Assembly (NCBI GenBank): GCA_023664455.1
Contig: JAMPFM010000007.1
Span: forward strand, 13,955 to 77,954
Source: Blautia sp.
GTDB lineage: Bacteria; Bacillota; Clostridia; Lachnospirales; Lachnospiraceae
Length of the DNA stretch: 64,000 bases
Direction: 5' to 3'
This document shows positions 10,748 to 19,207 of the stretch, piece by piece. Position numbers and translations under genes: made by a program. The stretch's first letter is position 1; each line of letters opens with the position of its first letter. The notes under the pieces are model-generated. The model was not told the DNA's origin and searched no databases. It saw nothing but the letters and a program-made list of their open reading frames with translations.

Positions 10748-11632
10748 ATGTATAAGATTTTAGAAGCGAAAGAGCTGACGACAAACATTTATCTCATGGT
10801 AGTTGAGGCGGCGCGTATTGCCAAATCCTGCCAGCCGGGACAGTTTGTTATCGTCAGGATGGATGAAAATAGCGAGAGGATTCCTCTTACCATTTGCGAT
10901 TATGACAGGGAAAAAGGAACAATAACCATCGTATTTCAGATTGTTGGGGCAGCGACCCAGAAAATGTCTGTTTTGAAGGCTGGAGATAGTTTCCATGATT
11001 TTGTAGGACCTTTAGGTTGTCCTTCTGAATTTGTCAGCGAAGATATAGAACAGTTAAAAGCCAAAAAAATGCTTTTCGTGGCGGGCGGCGTCGGAACAGC
11101 GCCCGTATATCCACAGGTAAAATGGCTTAAAGAGCACGGCATATCAGCGGACGTCATTGTGGGAGCGAAAACGAAAGATTTGCTGATTCTGGAGCAGGAA
11201 ATGCAGAGCGTGGCAGGAAATCTTTATATTACGACAGACGACGGCTCCTATGGAAGAAGCGGTATGGTAACGCAGACCATCAAAGATTTGGTAGAAAAAG
11301 AAGGAAAACAGTATGACGTCTGTGTTGCAATTGGACCGATGATTATGATGAAATTTGTCTGCAAAATGACGGAAGAGTTGCAAATTCCAACCATTGTCAG
11401 CCTGAATCCGATTATGGTGGATGGTACGGGAATGTGTGGCGCATGTCGTGTGACCGTAGGTGGCGAAGTGAAATTCGCCTGCGTTGATGGTCCCGAATTT
11501 GACGGACACAAAGTCGATTTTGACCAGGCGATGAAACGCCAGCAAATTTATAAAACAGAAGAAGGCAGAGCATTTTTAAGAGCCAAAGAGGGCGATACTC
11601 ATCATGGCGGATGCGGAAACTGCGCAGACTGA
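10748..11632 (+). CDS. nfnA: NfnA (NADH-dependent reduced ferredoxin:NADP+ oxidoreductase small subunit; PyrK-like FAD/[2Fe-2S])
   Basis: ERIPLTI, AGGVGTAP, GP.IMMK, DGTGMCGACR, CVDGPEF; paired with a GltD-like gene. Confidence 0.85.
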   Translation: MYKILEAKELTTNIYLMVVEAARIAKSCQPGQFVIVRMDENSERIPLTICDYDREKGTITIVFQIVGAATQKMSVLKAGDSFHDFVGPLGCPSEFVSEDIEQLKAKKMLFVAGGVGTAPVYPQVKWLKEHGISADVIVGAKTKDLLILEQEMQSVAGNLYITTDDGSYGRSGMVTQTIKDLVEKEGKQYDVCVAIGPMIMMKFVCKMTEELQIPTIVSLNPIMVDGTGMCGACRVTVGGEVKFACVDGPEFDGHKVDFDQAMKRQQIYKTEEGRAFLRAKEGDTHHGGCGNCAD

Positions 11633-11653
11633 GAAAGGAGCAAAGTTATTACA

Positions 11654-13033
11654 ATGGATGTTTTAAAAAAAGTCCCTGTTCGTGAACAGGATGCAAAAGT
11701 GCGTGCTGCAAATTTTGAAGAGGTATGTCTTGGCTATAATAAAGAAGAGGCAATGTGCGAGGCAGAGCGCTGTATTAACTGCAAGAATGCACAGTGCATC
11801 AAAGGATGCCCGGTAGCCATCAATATTCCGGGATTCATCGAGAAAGTAAAAGAAGGCGATATCGAAGCGGCTTATCAGGTTATCAGCGAATCTTCGTCCC
11901 TGCCCGCGGTCTGCGGACGCGTATGCCCGCAGGAAAGCCAGTGCGAAGGGAAATGTATCCGCGGCATTAAGGGAGAGCCTATATCCATCGGGAAACTGGA
12001 ACGTTTCGTAGCCGACTGGGCAAGAGAGAACCAGATTAAACCGGAAGGCGCGAAAGAAAAGAAAAATAAAAAAGTAGCTGTTATTGGTTCCGGTCCCGCC
12101 GGGTTAACTTGTGCAGGAGATCTTGCAAAAATGGGGTATGACGTAACCATTTTTGAAGCGCTTCATGAAGCGGGCGGCGTGCTTGTTTATGGAATCCCGG
12201 AATTTCGTCTGCCTAAGGAAGACGTTGTTTTTAAGGAAATTGAAAATGTAAAGTCCTTGGGCGTAAAAATAGAAACCAATGTCGTCATAGGAAAATCCGT
12301 TACTATTGACGAATTAATGGATAAAGAAGGCTTCGAGGCAGTCTTTATCGGTTCCGGTGCAGGACTGCCCAAATTCATGGGGATTCCTGGGGAACAGGCC
12401 AACGGCGTTTTTTCTGCGAATGAATATTTGACAAGAAGCAATCTGATGAAGGCTTTCCAGGAAGATTCCGAAACGCCGATTATGAGAGGAAAGAAAGTAG
12501 CCGTAGTCGGTGGCGGAAACGTGGCAATGGACGCGGCGAGGACGGCGCTTCGGCTTGGCGCAGAGGTTCATATCGTGTACCGCAGAAGTGAAGAGGAGCT
12601 GCCCGCCCGTGTGGAAGAAGTGCACCATGCCAAAGAAGAAGGCATTGTGTTTGACCTTCTGACCAATCCCACGGAAATCTTAGCGGATGAAAACGGATGG
12701 GTAAAAGGAATGAAATGTATCAGAATGGAATTGGGAGAGCCTGATGCTTCCGGCAGAAGACGTCCGGTGGAAATTCCGGGTTCTGAATTTATTATGGAAG
12801 TAGATACCGTAATCATGTCTCTTGGCACTTCACCCAATCCACTGATTTCTTCCACGACGCAGGGACTGGAAGTCAATAAATGGAAATGTATCGTGGCGGA
12901 CGAAGAGCACGGAAAGACCACCAAAGAAGGCGTATATGCCGGTGGCGATGCAGTGACAGGCGCGGCTACGGTCATTCTTGCGATGGGCGCAGGGAAAGCG
13001 GCTGCAAAAGGAATTGATGAATATTTATCATAA
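11654..13033 (+). CDS. nfnB: NfnB (GltD-like FAD/[4Fe-4S] subunit, often annotated NADPH-dependent glutamate synthase)
   Basis: RCINCK...C..GCP, CGRVCPQESQCEGKC, GSGPAGL, GGGNVAMDAAR, GGDAVTG. No gltB nearby. Confidence 0.85.
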   Translation: MDVLKKVPVREQDAKVRAANFEEVCLGYNKEEAMCEAERCINCKNAQCIKGCPVAINIPGFIEKVKEGDIEAAYQVISESSSLPAVCGRVCPQESQCEGKCIRGIKGEPISIGKLERFVADWARENQIKPEGAKEKKNKKVAVIGSGPAGLTCAGDLAKMGYDVTIFEALHEAGGVLVYGIPEFRLPKEDVVFKEIENVKSLGVKIETNVVIGKSVTIDELMDKEGFEAVFIGSGAGLPKFMGIPGEQANGVFSANEYLTRSNLMKAFQEDSETPIMRGKKVAVVGGGNVAMDAARTALRLGAEVHIVYRRSEEELPARVEEVHHAKEEGIVFDLLTNPTEILADENGWVKGMKCIRMELGEPDASGRRRPVEIPGSEFIMEVDTVIMSLGTSPNPLISSTTQGLEVNKWKCIVADEEHGKTTKEGVYAGGDAVTGAATVILAMGAGKAAAKGIDEYLS

Positions 13034-13041
13034 AATACACG

Positions 13042-13069
13042 GAGGTATGGATCGTTTTCCATACCTCTT
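13042..13069 (+). terminator. Probable terminator hairpin
   Basis: gaggtatgg / ccatacctc 9-bp perfect stem just after the nfnB stop; weak U tail. Confidence 0.55.
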
Positions 13070-13188
13070 AAAGTATCCTAAGAAAATATTAATAAAATTC
13101 CTCATAATTCTTTAAGGAAATGCGGTTACAATAAAAAGAAAGCGCAGCTAAGGAAATGCAATGCAGTAGAAAGAAAGGGGACGTTTTC

Positions 13189-13488
13189 ATGATACATCAT
13201 ATTGTTTTATGGAATTGGAAAGAAGAATTGACGGACGCGGAACGAAACGAGGCTAAAGCGCGTATCAGGAAGGAATTAGAAGCGGTGAAAGAGCAGGTAA
13301 CGGGAGTGGTATCTTTGTCGGTAATTACAAAGGGGCTGCCTTCGGGCAATAAGGATATCGCTCTGATTTCTGCTTTTGAGACGCAAGAGGCGCTGGACGC
13401 CTATCAGATACATCCTGCCCATGTTGCCGCAGGCTCTTATATCAAAACAGTTACGACAGGAAGGACTTGCTTTGACTATGAAGGATAA
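13189..13488 (+). CDS. Dabb-family (stress-responsive A/B barrel) protein
   Basis: MIHHIVLW..., D.ALIS.FE..EALDAYQ.HPAH; ATG 13189 after gaaagggg. Confidence 0.85.
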   Translation: MIHHIVLWNWKEELTDAERNEAKARIRKELEAVKEQVTGVVSLSVITKGLPSGNKDIALISAFETQEALDAYQIHPAHVAAGSYIKTVTTGRTCFDYEG

Positions 13489-14491
13489 AAATCAGTTAAA
13501 ACATTTTGTTATCCTGCTTTTCGGGATTATGGCACTATTCGTCTGTATGATAGGCTTTGCAATTCTTTTTATGAGCGGAAACAGGACTGTGCAGACGGAC
13601 TCTGATGAAGCGCTGCAGCAGCAGATTACGGATTATGCCAGTGCACAAAATAATAAAATGGATGAAAACCAGGTGCTTCCTTCCATTGCACAGGAAGCGA
13701 TTGTTCCGGGCGGCATAGACTCTGAGGGACAGGAAGATGCTTCCTCTACAGAATCTGCCGAACCAGAAGCGATAAGCCAGTCCGCCAACGTTGTAACGCC
13801 CGAAGAAGAAAATGATGTATCCTATTCAAAAGAATATATTTTACAGGAAATGACGCCCTATTTTGCAGATAATAATCTGGAAGCAATATGGGATTTGGCA
13901 CATCTGAAACGCTATATCAGGCTTTCCGCAGAGTTAAAGGGGACGGATACCTATTATTATCAGGGGGACGTTGACAGCGATGGGGCGCCGCACGGCGTCG
14001 GACTTGCCATTTATGAAGACAATACATATTATTACGGTTCATGGGCGCACGGCAAACGAAGCGGCGATGGAAGATGGTATCGTTTTTATATCAACAGCCC
14101 GGATAAGGTGACGAAAAACAAGAAATATCTGGCGCACAGTTATGCCGGAGAGTGGAAAGATGATTTGCCAAACGGCGGGGGTGCAGAACACTACGATGTA
14201 GATGTCAGCCAGTTCGATGCATGGGAACGGATTTTGCAGAACGTGGTTGGAAATTTTACGAATGGGCTTTATGATGGGGAAATGTACGCCAATACCATCG
14301 ATTCCATAGGAAGAACCGAAGAGTGGAACGCTACTGTAGAAAACGGGGTTTTCACACTCTGGCGGGACATGAGCAGTATTGGGGAATGTTCCGTATGGAA
14401 AAAGAAAGACGCCGAGGATACCTACATGGACATTGATCAATCAGAAAATAAGAATCAGGGACTGCGCGAATTGTTTCAGTCGGACAAATAA
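13478..14491 (+). CDS. Membrane-anchored protein with MORN-like repeats
   Basis: N-terminal TM, acidic linker, repeats YQGD...PHG.G, YYGSWAHGKRSGDG, YAGEWKDDLPNGGG. Confidence 0.65.
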   Translation: MKDKNQLKHFVILLFGIMALFVCMIGFAILFMSGNRTVQTDSDEALQQQITDYASAQNNKMDENQVLPSIAQEAIVPGGIDSEGQEDASSTESAEPEAISQSANVVTPEEENDVSYSKEYILQEMTPYFADNNLEAIWDLAHLKRYIRLSAELKGTDTYYYQGDVDSDGAPHGVGLAIYEDNTYYYGSWAHGKRSGDGRWYRFYINSPDKVTKNKKYLAHSYAGEWKDDLPNGGGAEHYDVDVSQFDAWERILQNVVGNFTNGLYDGEMYANTIDSIGRTEEWNATVENGVFTLWRDMSSIGECSVWKKKDAEDTYMDIDQSENKNQGLRELFQSDK

Positions 14492-14493
14492 CC

Positions 14494-14973
14494 ATGAAAA
14501 TAACCATTATCTCAGTCGGGAAAATAAAAGAAATCTATTTACGGGAAGCAGTGAAAGAGTATGAGAAAAGACTGCACCGCTATTGTAAGCTGGATATCAT
14601 CGAAGTAGAAGATGAGAAAACGCCCGATGACGCCTCTAAGGCAGAGGAATCCCTGATCCGGGAAAAAGAAGCGGGGCGCATCATGAAGCATCTTAAAGAA
14701 AACGCCTATGTGATTACACTGGAAATCGGCGGTATCATGTACGATTCGCTGGAGTTTGCGCAAAAGCTGGAATCGCTCTGCGTTCAGGGGAACAGCCATT
14801 TACAATTTGTAATCGGCGGTTCCCTTGGTCTGCATGAAACAGTATGCAAGCGTGCCAATCTGCCAGTCAGTTTCTCAAAAATGACGTTTCCCCATCAATT
14901 AATGCGCGTTATTCTGTTGGAGCAGCTTTGCCGCAGTTACCGCATCAGAAACGGGGAGCCGTATCATAAATAA
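14494..14973 (+). CDS. rlmH: 23S rRNA m3Psi1915 methyltransferase
   Basis: MKITIISVGKIKE, FVIGGSLGL, SFSKMTFPHQLMRVILLEQ, GEPYHK C-terminus. Confidence 0.96.
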   Translation: MKITIISVGKIKEIYLREAVKEYEKRLHRYCKLDIIEVEDEKTPDDASKAEESLIREKEAGRIMKHLKENAYVITLEIGGIMYDSLEFAQKLESLCVQGNSHLQFVIGGSLGLHETVCKRANLPVSFSKMTFPHQLMRVILLEQLCRSYRIRNGEPYHK

Positions 14974-14996
14974 AAATCTAGAAATTTCCTGTAAAT

Positions 14997-15204
14997 AGGT
15001 AATTGCGAAACTAAGATTTTACAGCCGCCCGTTGTGCAGAATATACAATCCAACGCAGGCACGCTCTCGCTACGGTTCAAACGCAGCGGTACATAAGATG
15101 CCAGAGTACGGCATCTAAGTACCGGCGTTTTCACAGTACCTGCTTATGGAGTTGTATATTCTGTACAACTACATGTTTCTAAACTTCAGTTTCGCAAATT
15201 GCCT
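14997..15204 (+). mobile_element. 208-bp MITE-like palindromic repeat, copy 1
   Basis: TIRs aggtaattgcgaaact / agtttcgcaaattgcct. The 195-bp core differs from the reverse complement of copy 3 at 10 positions. Degenerate 13-bp flanking repeats. No transposase in the window. Confidence 0.75.
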
Positions 15205-15238
15205 ATTTCCTAATAAAATATGAAAGGAAGATGGACGG

Positions 15239-16543
15239 ATGAGAATGTATGATTTGATTATCAAAAAAAGAAACGGCGGGGCGCTTACCCCGGAAGAAAT
15301 CGAATTTATGATTTCCCAGTACACTGCGGGGCATATTCCCGATTACCAGATGTCCGCAATGATGATGGCTGTCTATTTTCAGAAAATGACGCCGCAGGAG
15401 ACGGCGGCGCTTACCCTTTCTATGGCGCATAGCGGCGAAATGCTGGATTTATCCGGGATTGATGGTATCAAGGTGGATAAACATTCCACCGGCGGCGTAG
15501 GCGACAAGACCTCGCTTGCGCTTACCCCTATGGTTGCCGCATGCGGCGTTAAGATTGCCAAGATGAGCGGCAGGGGACTTGGGCATACTGGCGGGACCAT
15601 TGATAAATTAGAGAGTTTTCCGGGATTTTCCACGGAAATTACGTCCACACATTTCATAGACCAGGTAAACCGTATCGGGATATCCATCATGGGGCAGACG
15701 CTGGATATCGCGCCCGCGGATAAAAAACTCTATGCCCTCAGAGACGTTACGGCGACGGTAGATAATATGTCCCTGATTGCAAGCTCCATCATGAGTAAGA
15801 AATTAGCTTCCGGGGCGGACGCTATCGTTTTAGACGTCAAGACGGGAAGCGGCGCTTTCATGAAAAAAGAAGAAGATGCTTTCGCGCTGGCCAGGGAAAT
15901 GACACTCTTAGGACGCCATGCCGGCAAAAAGACGATAGCCGTCGTATCCGATATGGATCAGCCGCTGGGATTTGCCGTCGGCAATGCCTTAGAAGTCAAG
16001 GAAGCCATCGAAACGCTGCATGGCAAAGGCCCGGAGGATTTCGTGGAACTCTGTATGACGCTTGGCGCGCAGATGCTGATCGCCGCAAAGAGGGCGGAAA
16101 CTGTAAAACAGGCGAAAAACATGCTGCAAACCGTCATAGAAGATGGATCGGCGCTTCGTAAACTGGCGGAATTTATCGAGGCGCAGGGCGGGGATAGCTC
16201 CGCCGTATATGATACGTCGCTTTTACCGCAGGCTTCCATCGTGGAAGAGATTATCTCAGAAGAAGAAGGCTATGTTACTAAAATCGTCTGCGATGAAATT
16301 GGAATCTGTTCCCTTATCCTCGGCGGCGGCAGGGAAAACAAGGAAAGCGTAATCGACTTATCGGTGGGACTCATCCTGCATAAGAAAGTCGGGGATTATG
16401 TTAAAAAAGGGGAATCCCTGGCGAGCATTCATGCAAACGACAAGGAAAAACTGGCTTTGGCGAAAGAGCGGTTTTTAGACGCCTATTCTTTTCAGGAAAC
16501 ACCGCCGGAGAAAACGCCGCTTATAAAAGGCGTTCTCGATTAA
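15239..16543 (+). CDS. pdp: Pyrimidine-nucleoside phosphorylase
   Basis: IPDYQMSA, DKHSTGGVGD, KMSGRGLGHTGGTIDKLES, SIMSKK. Confidence 0.96.
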   Translation: MRMYDLIIKKRNGGALTPEEIEFMISQYTAGHIPDYQMSAMMMAVYFQKMTPQETAALTLSMAHSGEMLDLSGIDGIKVDKHSTGGVGDKTSLALTPMVAACGVKIAKMSGRGLGHTGGTIDKLESFPGFSTEITSTHFIDQVNRIGISIMGQTLDIAPADKKLYALRDVTATVDNMSLIASSIMSKKLASGADAIVLDVKTGSGAFMKKEEDAFALAREMTLLGRHAGKKTIAVVSDMDQPLGFAVGNALEVKEAIETLHGKGPEDFVELCMTLGAQMLIAAKRAETVKQAKNMLQTVIEDGSALRKLAEFIEAQGGDSSAVYDTSLLPQASIVEEIISEEEGYVTKIVCDEIGICSLILGGGRENKESVIDLSVGLILHKKVGDYVKKGESLASIHANDKEKLALAKERFLDAYSFQETPPEKTPLIKGVLD

Positions 16544-16551
16544 TTTCCCAG

Positions 16552-16580
16552 TCATGAATCAACGTCCTTTCTCATAGTAT
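16552..16580 (+). promoter_or_regulatory. Putative sigma-E promoter for yqfCD
   Basis: TCATGAA-14 bp-CATAGTAT resembles the mother-cell sigma-E consensus; yqfCD is sigma-E-dependent in B. subtilis. Confidence 0.45.
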
Positions 16581-16585
16581 TTAGT

Positions 16586-16873
16586 ATGAAAAGAAATATG
16601 AGAAAACCGTTATCCAGACATAAGGAAATGATTGTAGAATCCCTGAAACTTCCCAAAGATTCCATGTTGGGCGCCTCTATTGTGACCATAACAGGGAATC
16701 GGGAAGCTTTTATTGAAAATTATAAGGGGATTCTGGAATATACCAGGGAATCGATTGTGTTACAAGGAAAAAACTGCAAAATCTGCTTCCAGGGCAAAGA
16801 ATTATCCATAGACTATTATACCAATGAAGATATGAAAATAGGCGGTAACATCGACAGCATACGATATCTATAA
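16586..16873 (+). CDS. yqfC: Sporulation protein YabP/YqfC family
   Basis: LKLPKD..LG..IVTITG.RE.FIENYKGILEY; upstream of yqfD. True start may be ATG 16628 after taagga. Confidence 0.88.
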   Translation: MKRNMRKPLSRHKEMIVESLKLPKDSMLGASIVTITGNREAFIENYKGILEYTRESIVLQGKNCKICFQGKELSIDYYTNEDMKIGGNIDSIRYL

Positions 16874-16897
16874 TCTATTGGGAGGGCATAAGATTTT

Positions 16898-18172
16898 ATG
16901 CTTCATTGGATTCAATATATAAAAGGCTATGTTTCCATCAAAGTATGGGGATATTCTACGGAAAGATTTTTAAATCTATGTGGAAATCATGATATTCTAA
17001 TCTGGGATATTGAGAATCATGGCGATTATTACACGATGAAAGTCAGTATCAAAGGGTTCTTTGCCCTCAAGACGCTTCTGAGAAAAACCGGCACCAGGGC
17101 ATCCGTTCTACATCGATATGGACTGCCTTTTTTTGTGCCCAAAATCAAGAAAAGAAAGATTTTTGTTTTTGGGCTGCTTCTTTGTCTGCTGTTCTGGATT
17201 TATACGGCGCGCTATATCTGGGATATTGAAATCGAAGGGAATTATTCCCTGACAGAAGACGTACTGATGGATTATTTAAAAAGCCAGGGCGTCCATACGG
17301 CGATGAAGAAAGAAAACTTACAGATTGAAGAATTGGAAATGCATCTGCGGGAAGAATATGATCTGATTACCTGGGCATCCCTTAAAGTAGACGGGACGAC
17401 GCTGATTATCCGAATTCGCGAAAATGAAATGCCGGAATATGACTACACTGGTCAATCGGCGAAAGAAGATACCAATCCCGGATTGGAAGCGGCGCAGGGA
17501 AAGGATATTGTCGCCGCAAAAGACGGAACCATCGTTTATATGATTACCAGAAAGGGCGTCCCCCAGGTATCCATCGGGGATAGCGTCGTAGAAGGACAGA
17601 TTCTTGTAAGCGGCGCCGTACCGGTTTATAATGAAGATACGACGATACGGAAATATCAGTATTATGAAGCCGATGCAGATATTATGCTTTCTTATGAGAA
17701 AGCCCTATCCGTAGAAAGAAAAACCGGTTATCTGGAAAAAGTATACTCTGGCAGAGAGAAGAAAATACTATTATTGGGTTTTCGGGATAAGGAATGGAAT
17801 TTTTCTTTTGGAAAAGTCGATTATGGGGCTTATGATGTTTCTGGGGATAAGAAGCAGGTACAGTTATTGGACCATTTATTTCTTCCCATTTTCTATGGCA
17901 TGAAACATGCCAAAGAGTATGTATTAACCCCCAAAATCCACACAGAAGAAGAGATGCAGCAGCTCATGGATGAGGAATGGGATAAAATATTACGGACTTT
18001 AGATGAAAAAGGGGTACAAATTACCAGAAAAAATGTTACAATAAATAAGAACGAGGATAAATGGATTCTGAATATCAGGATGCAGCTTGTGGAAGAAGCG
18101 GTGCAGAAGGCAGCTAATACAACAGAACAAATCCCCGTTACAGAAAGTGAAAAAGAGGCAGTGACAGAATAG
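16898..18172 (+). CDS. yqfD: Sporulation protein YqfD
   Basis: GYVSIKV.G...ERFLNLC, single TM, DIVAAKDG.I, V..GQILVSG; in yqfC-yqfD-phoH order. Confidence 0.9.
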   Translation: MLHWIQYIKGYVSIKVWGYSTERFLNLCGNHDILIWDIENHGDYYTMKVSIKGFFALKTLLRKTGTRASVLHRYGLPFFVPKIKKRKIFVFGLLLCLLFWIYTARYIWDIEIEGNYSLTEDVLMDYLKSQGVHTAMKKENLQIEELEMHLREEYDLITWASLKVDGTTLIIRIRENEMPEYDYTGQSAKEDTNPGLEAAQGKDIVAAKDGTIVYMITRKGVPQVSIGDSVVEGQILVSGAVPVYNEDTTIRKYQYYEADADIMLSYEKALSVERKTGYLEKVYSGREKKILLLGFRDKEWNFSFGKVDYGAYDVSGDKKQVQLLDHLFLPIFYGMKHAKEYVLTPKIHTEEEMQQLMDEEWDKILRTLDEKGVQITRKNVTINKNEDKWILNIRMQLVEEAVQKAANTTEQIPVTESEKEAVTE

Positions 18173-18175
18173 CAG

Positions 18176-19207
18176 ATGGATAAATTTACATTGCAGATAG
18201 ATATTCCGATGGAGCATATGCAGAATCTCTTTGGGGAATATGATACTTATCTCAAGAAAATTGAATCGGATTTTCAGGTGGCTGTCGTCAACAGGGACGG
18301 TGTCGTGAAAATACAGGGCGAGGAAGAAACCGTAAAGAAAGCGGCAAAGACGATTGAAGAACTTGTGATGCTGTCTAAGAGAGGAAATGTTTTGCAGGAA
18401 CAAAATATTGATTACGCGATAGAGCTGGGAAAAGAGAATCAGGAAGATGTGCTTTTAGAAATCGACGAAGACTGTATCTGCCACACAGTAAACGGCAAAC
18501 CCGTAAAACCTAAGACATTAGGGCAGAAACAATATGTGGACGCCATTAGAAACTCTATGATTGTCTTTGGACTCGGTCCTGCCGGTACGGGGAAGACTTA
18601 TCTGGCAATGGCAATGGCGATTACCGCTTTTAAAAATAATGAAGTCAACCGGATTATTCTCACAAGACCTGCCATAGAAGCCGGGGAAAAGCTGGGATTT
18701 CTACCGGGGGATTTACAGAGTAAGGTAGACCCCTATTTACGTCCTTTATACGACGCGCTCTACCAGATTATGGGCGCGGAAAGTTTTGCAAGAAATATGG
18801 AAAAAGGATTGATTGAGGTCGCTCCCTTAGCCTATATGCGCGGAAGGACATTAGATAATGCCTACATTATCCTGGACGAGGCGCAGAATACCACGCCGGC
18901 GCAGATGAAAATGTTTCTCACAAGAATCGGTTTTGGCTCGAAAGTCGTCATAACCGGTGATTTATCCCAGAAAGACTTGGCGCCGGATACCAAGTCCGGT
19001 CTGGATATTGCCATGAAAGTACTGGCGAAAATAGAAGATATCGCCTTTTGCCATCTGACAAGCAAAGACGTGGTCCGCCATCCGCTTGTCCAGAAGATTG
19101 TCAAGGCGTATGAGGCTTACGAAACAAAAGAGAAGCGCTACGAAACAAAAGAGAGGAATTACGACAAAAAACGTAGAAACAGGAATTTGGAATATGGAAG
19201 AAAATAA
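18176..19207 (+). CDS. phoH: PhoH family ATPase
   Basis: GPAGTGKTYLA, LGFLPGDL..KVDPYLRPLYDAL, APLAYMRGRTL, ILDEAQN, DVVRHPLV. Confidence 0.95.
   Translation: MDKFTLQIDIPMEHMQNLFGEYDTYLKKIESDFQVAVVNRDGVVKIQGEEETVKKAAKTIEELVMLSKRGNVLQEQNIDYAIELGKENQEDVLLEIDEDCICHTVNGKPVKPKTLGQKQYVDAIRNSMIVFGLGPAGTGKTYLAMAMAITAFKNNEVNRIILTRPAIEAGEKLGFLPGDLQSKVDPYLRPLYDALYQIMGAESFARNMEKGLIEVAPLAYMRGRTLDNAYIILDEAQNTTPAQMKMFLTRIGFGSKVVITGDLSQKDLAPDTKSGLDIAMKVLAKIEDIAFCHLTSKDVVRHPLVQKIVKAYEAYETKEKRYETKERNYDKKRRNRNLEYGRK

Noticed and set aside
14953-14973. rlmH 3' end (gagccgtatcataaataa) resembles the orfX/SCC integration site
   Set aside because: No second att copy, recombinase or foreign cargo follows; the next element is the 208-bp repeat and then pdp.
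19086-19193. Upstream extensions in the ORF track (e.g. 1778, 3948, 13376, 19086, 26321, 31680, 36944, 54976, 57763)
   Set aside because: They overlap upstream genes or promoters; downstream in-frame starts have better SD sequences and match family N-termini.
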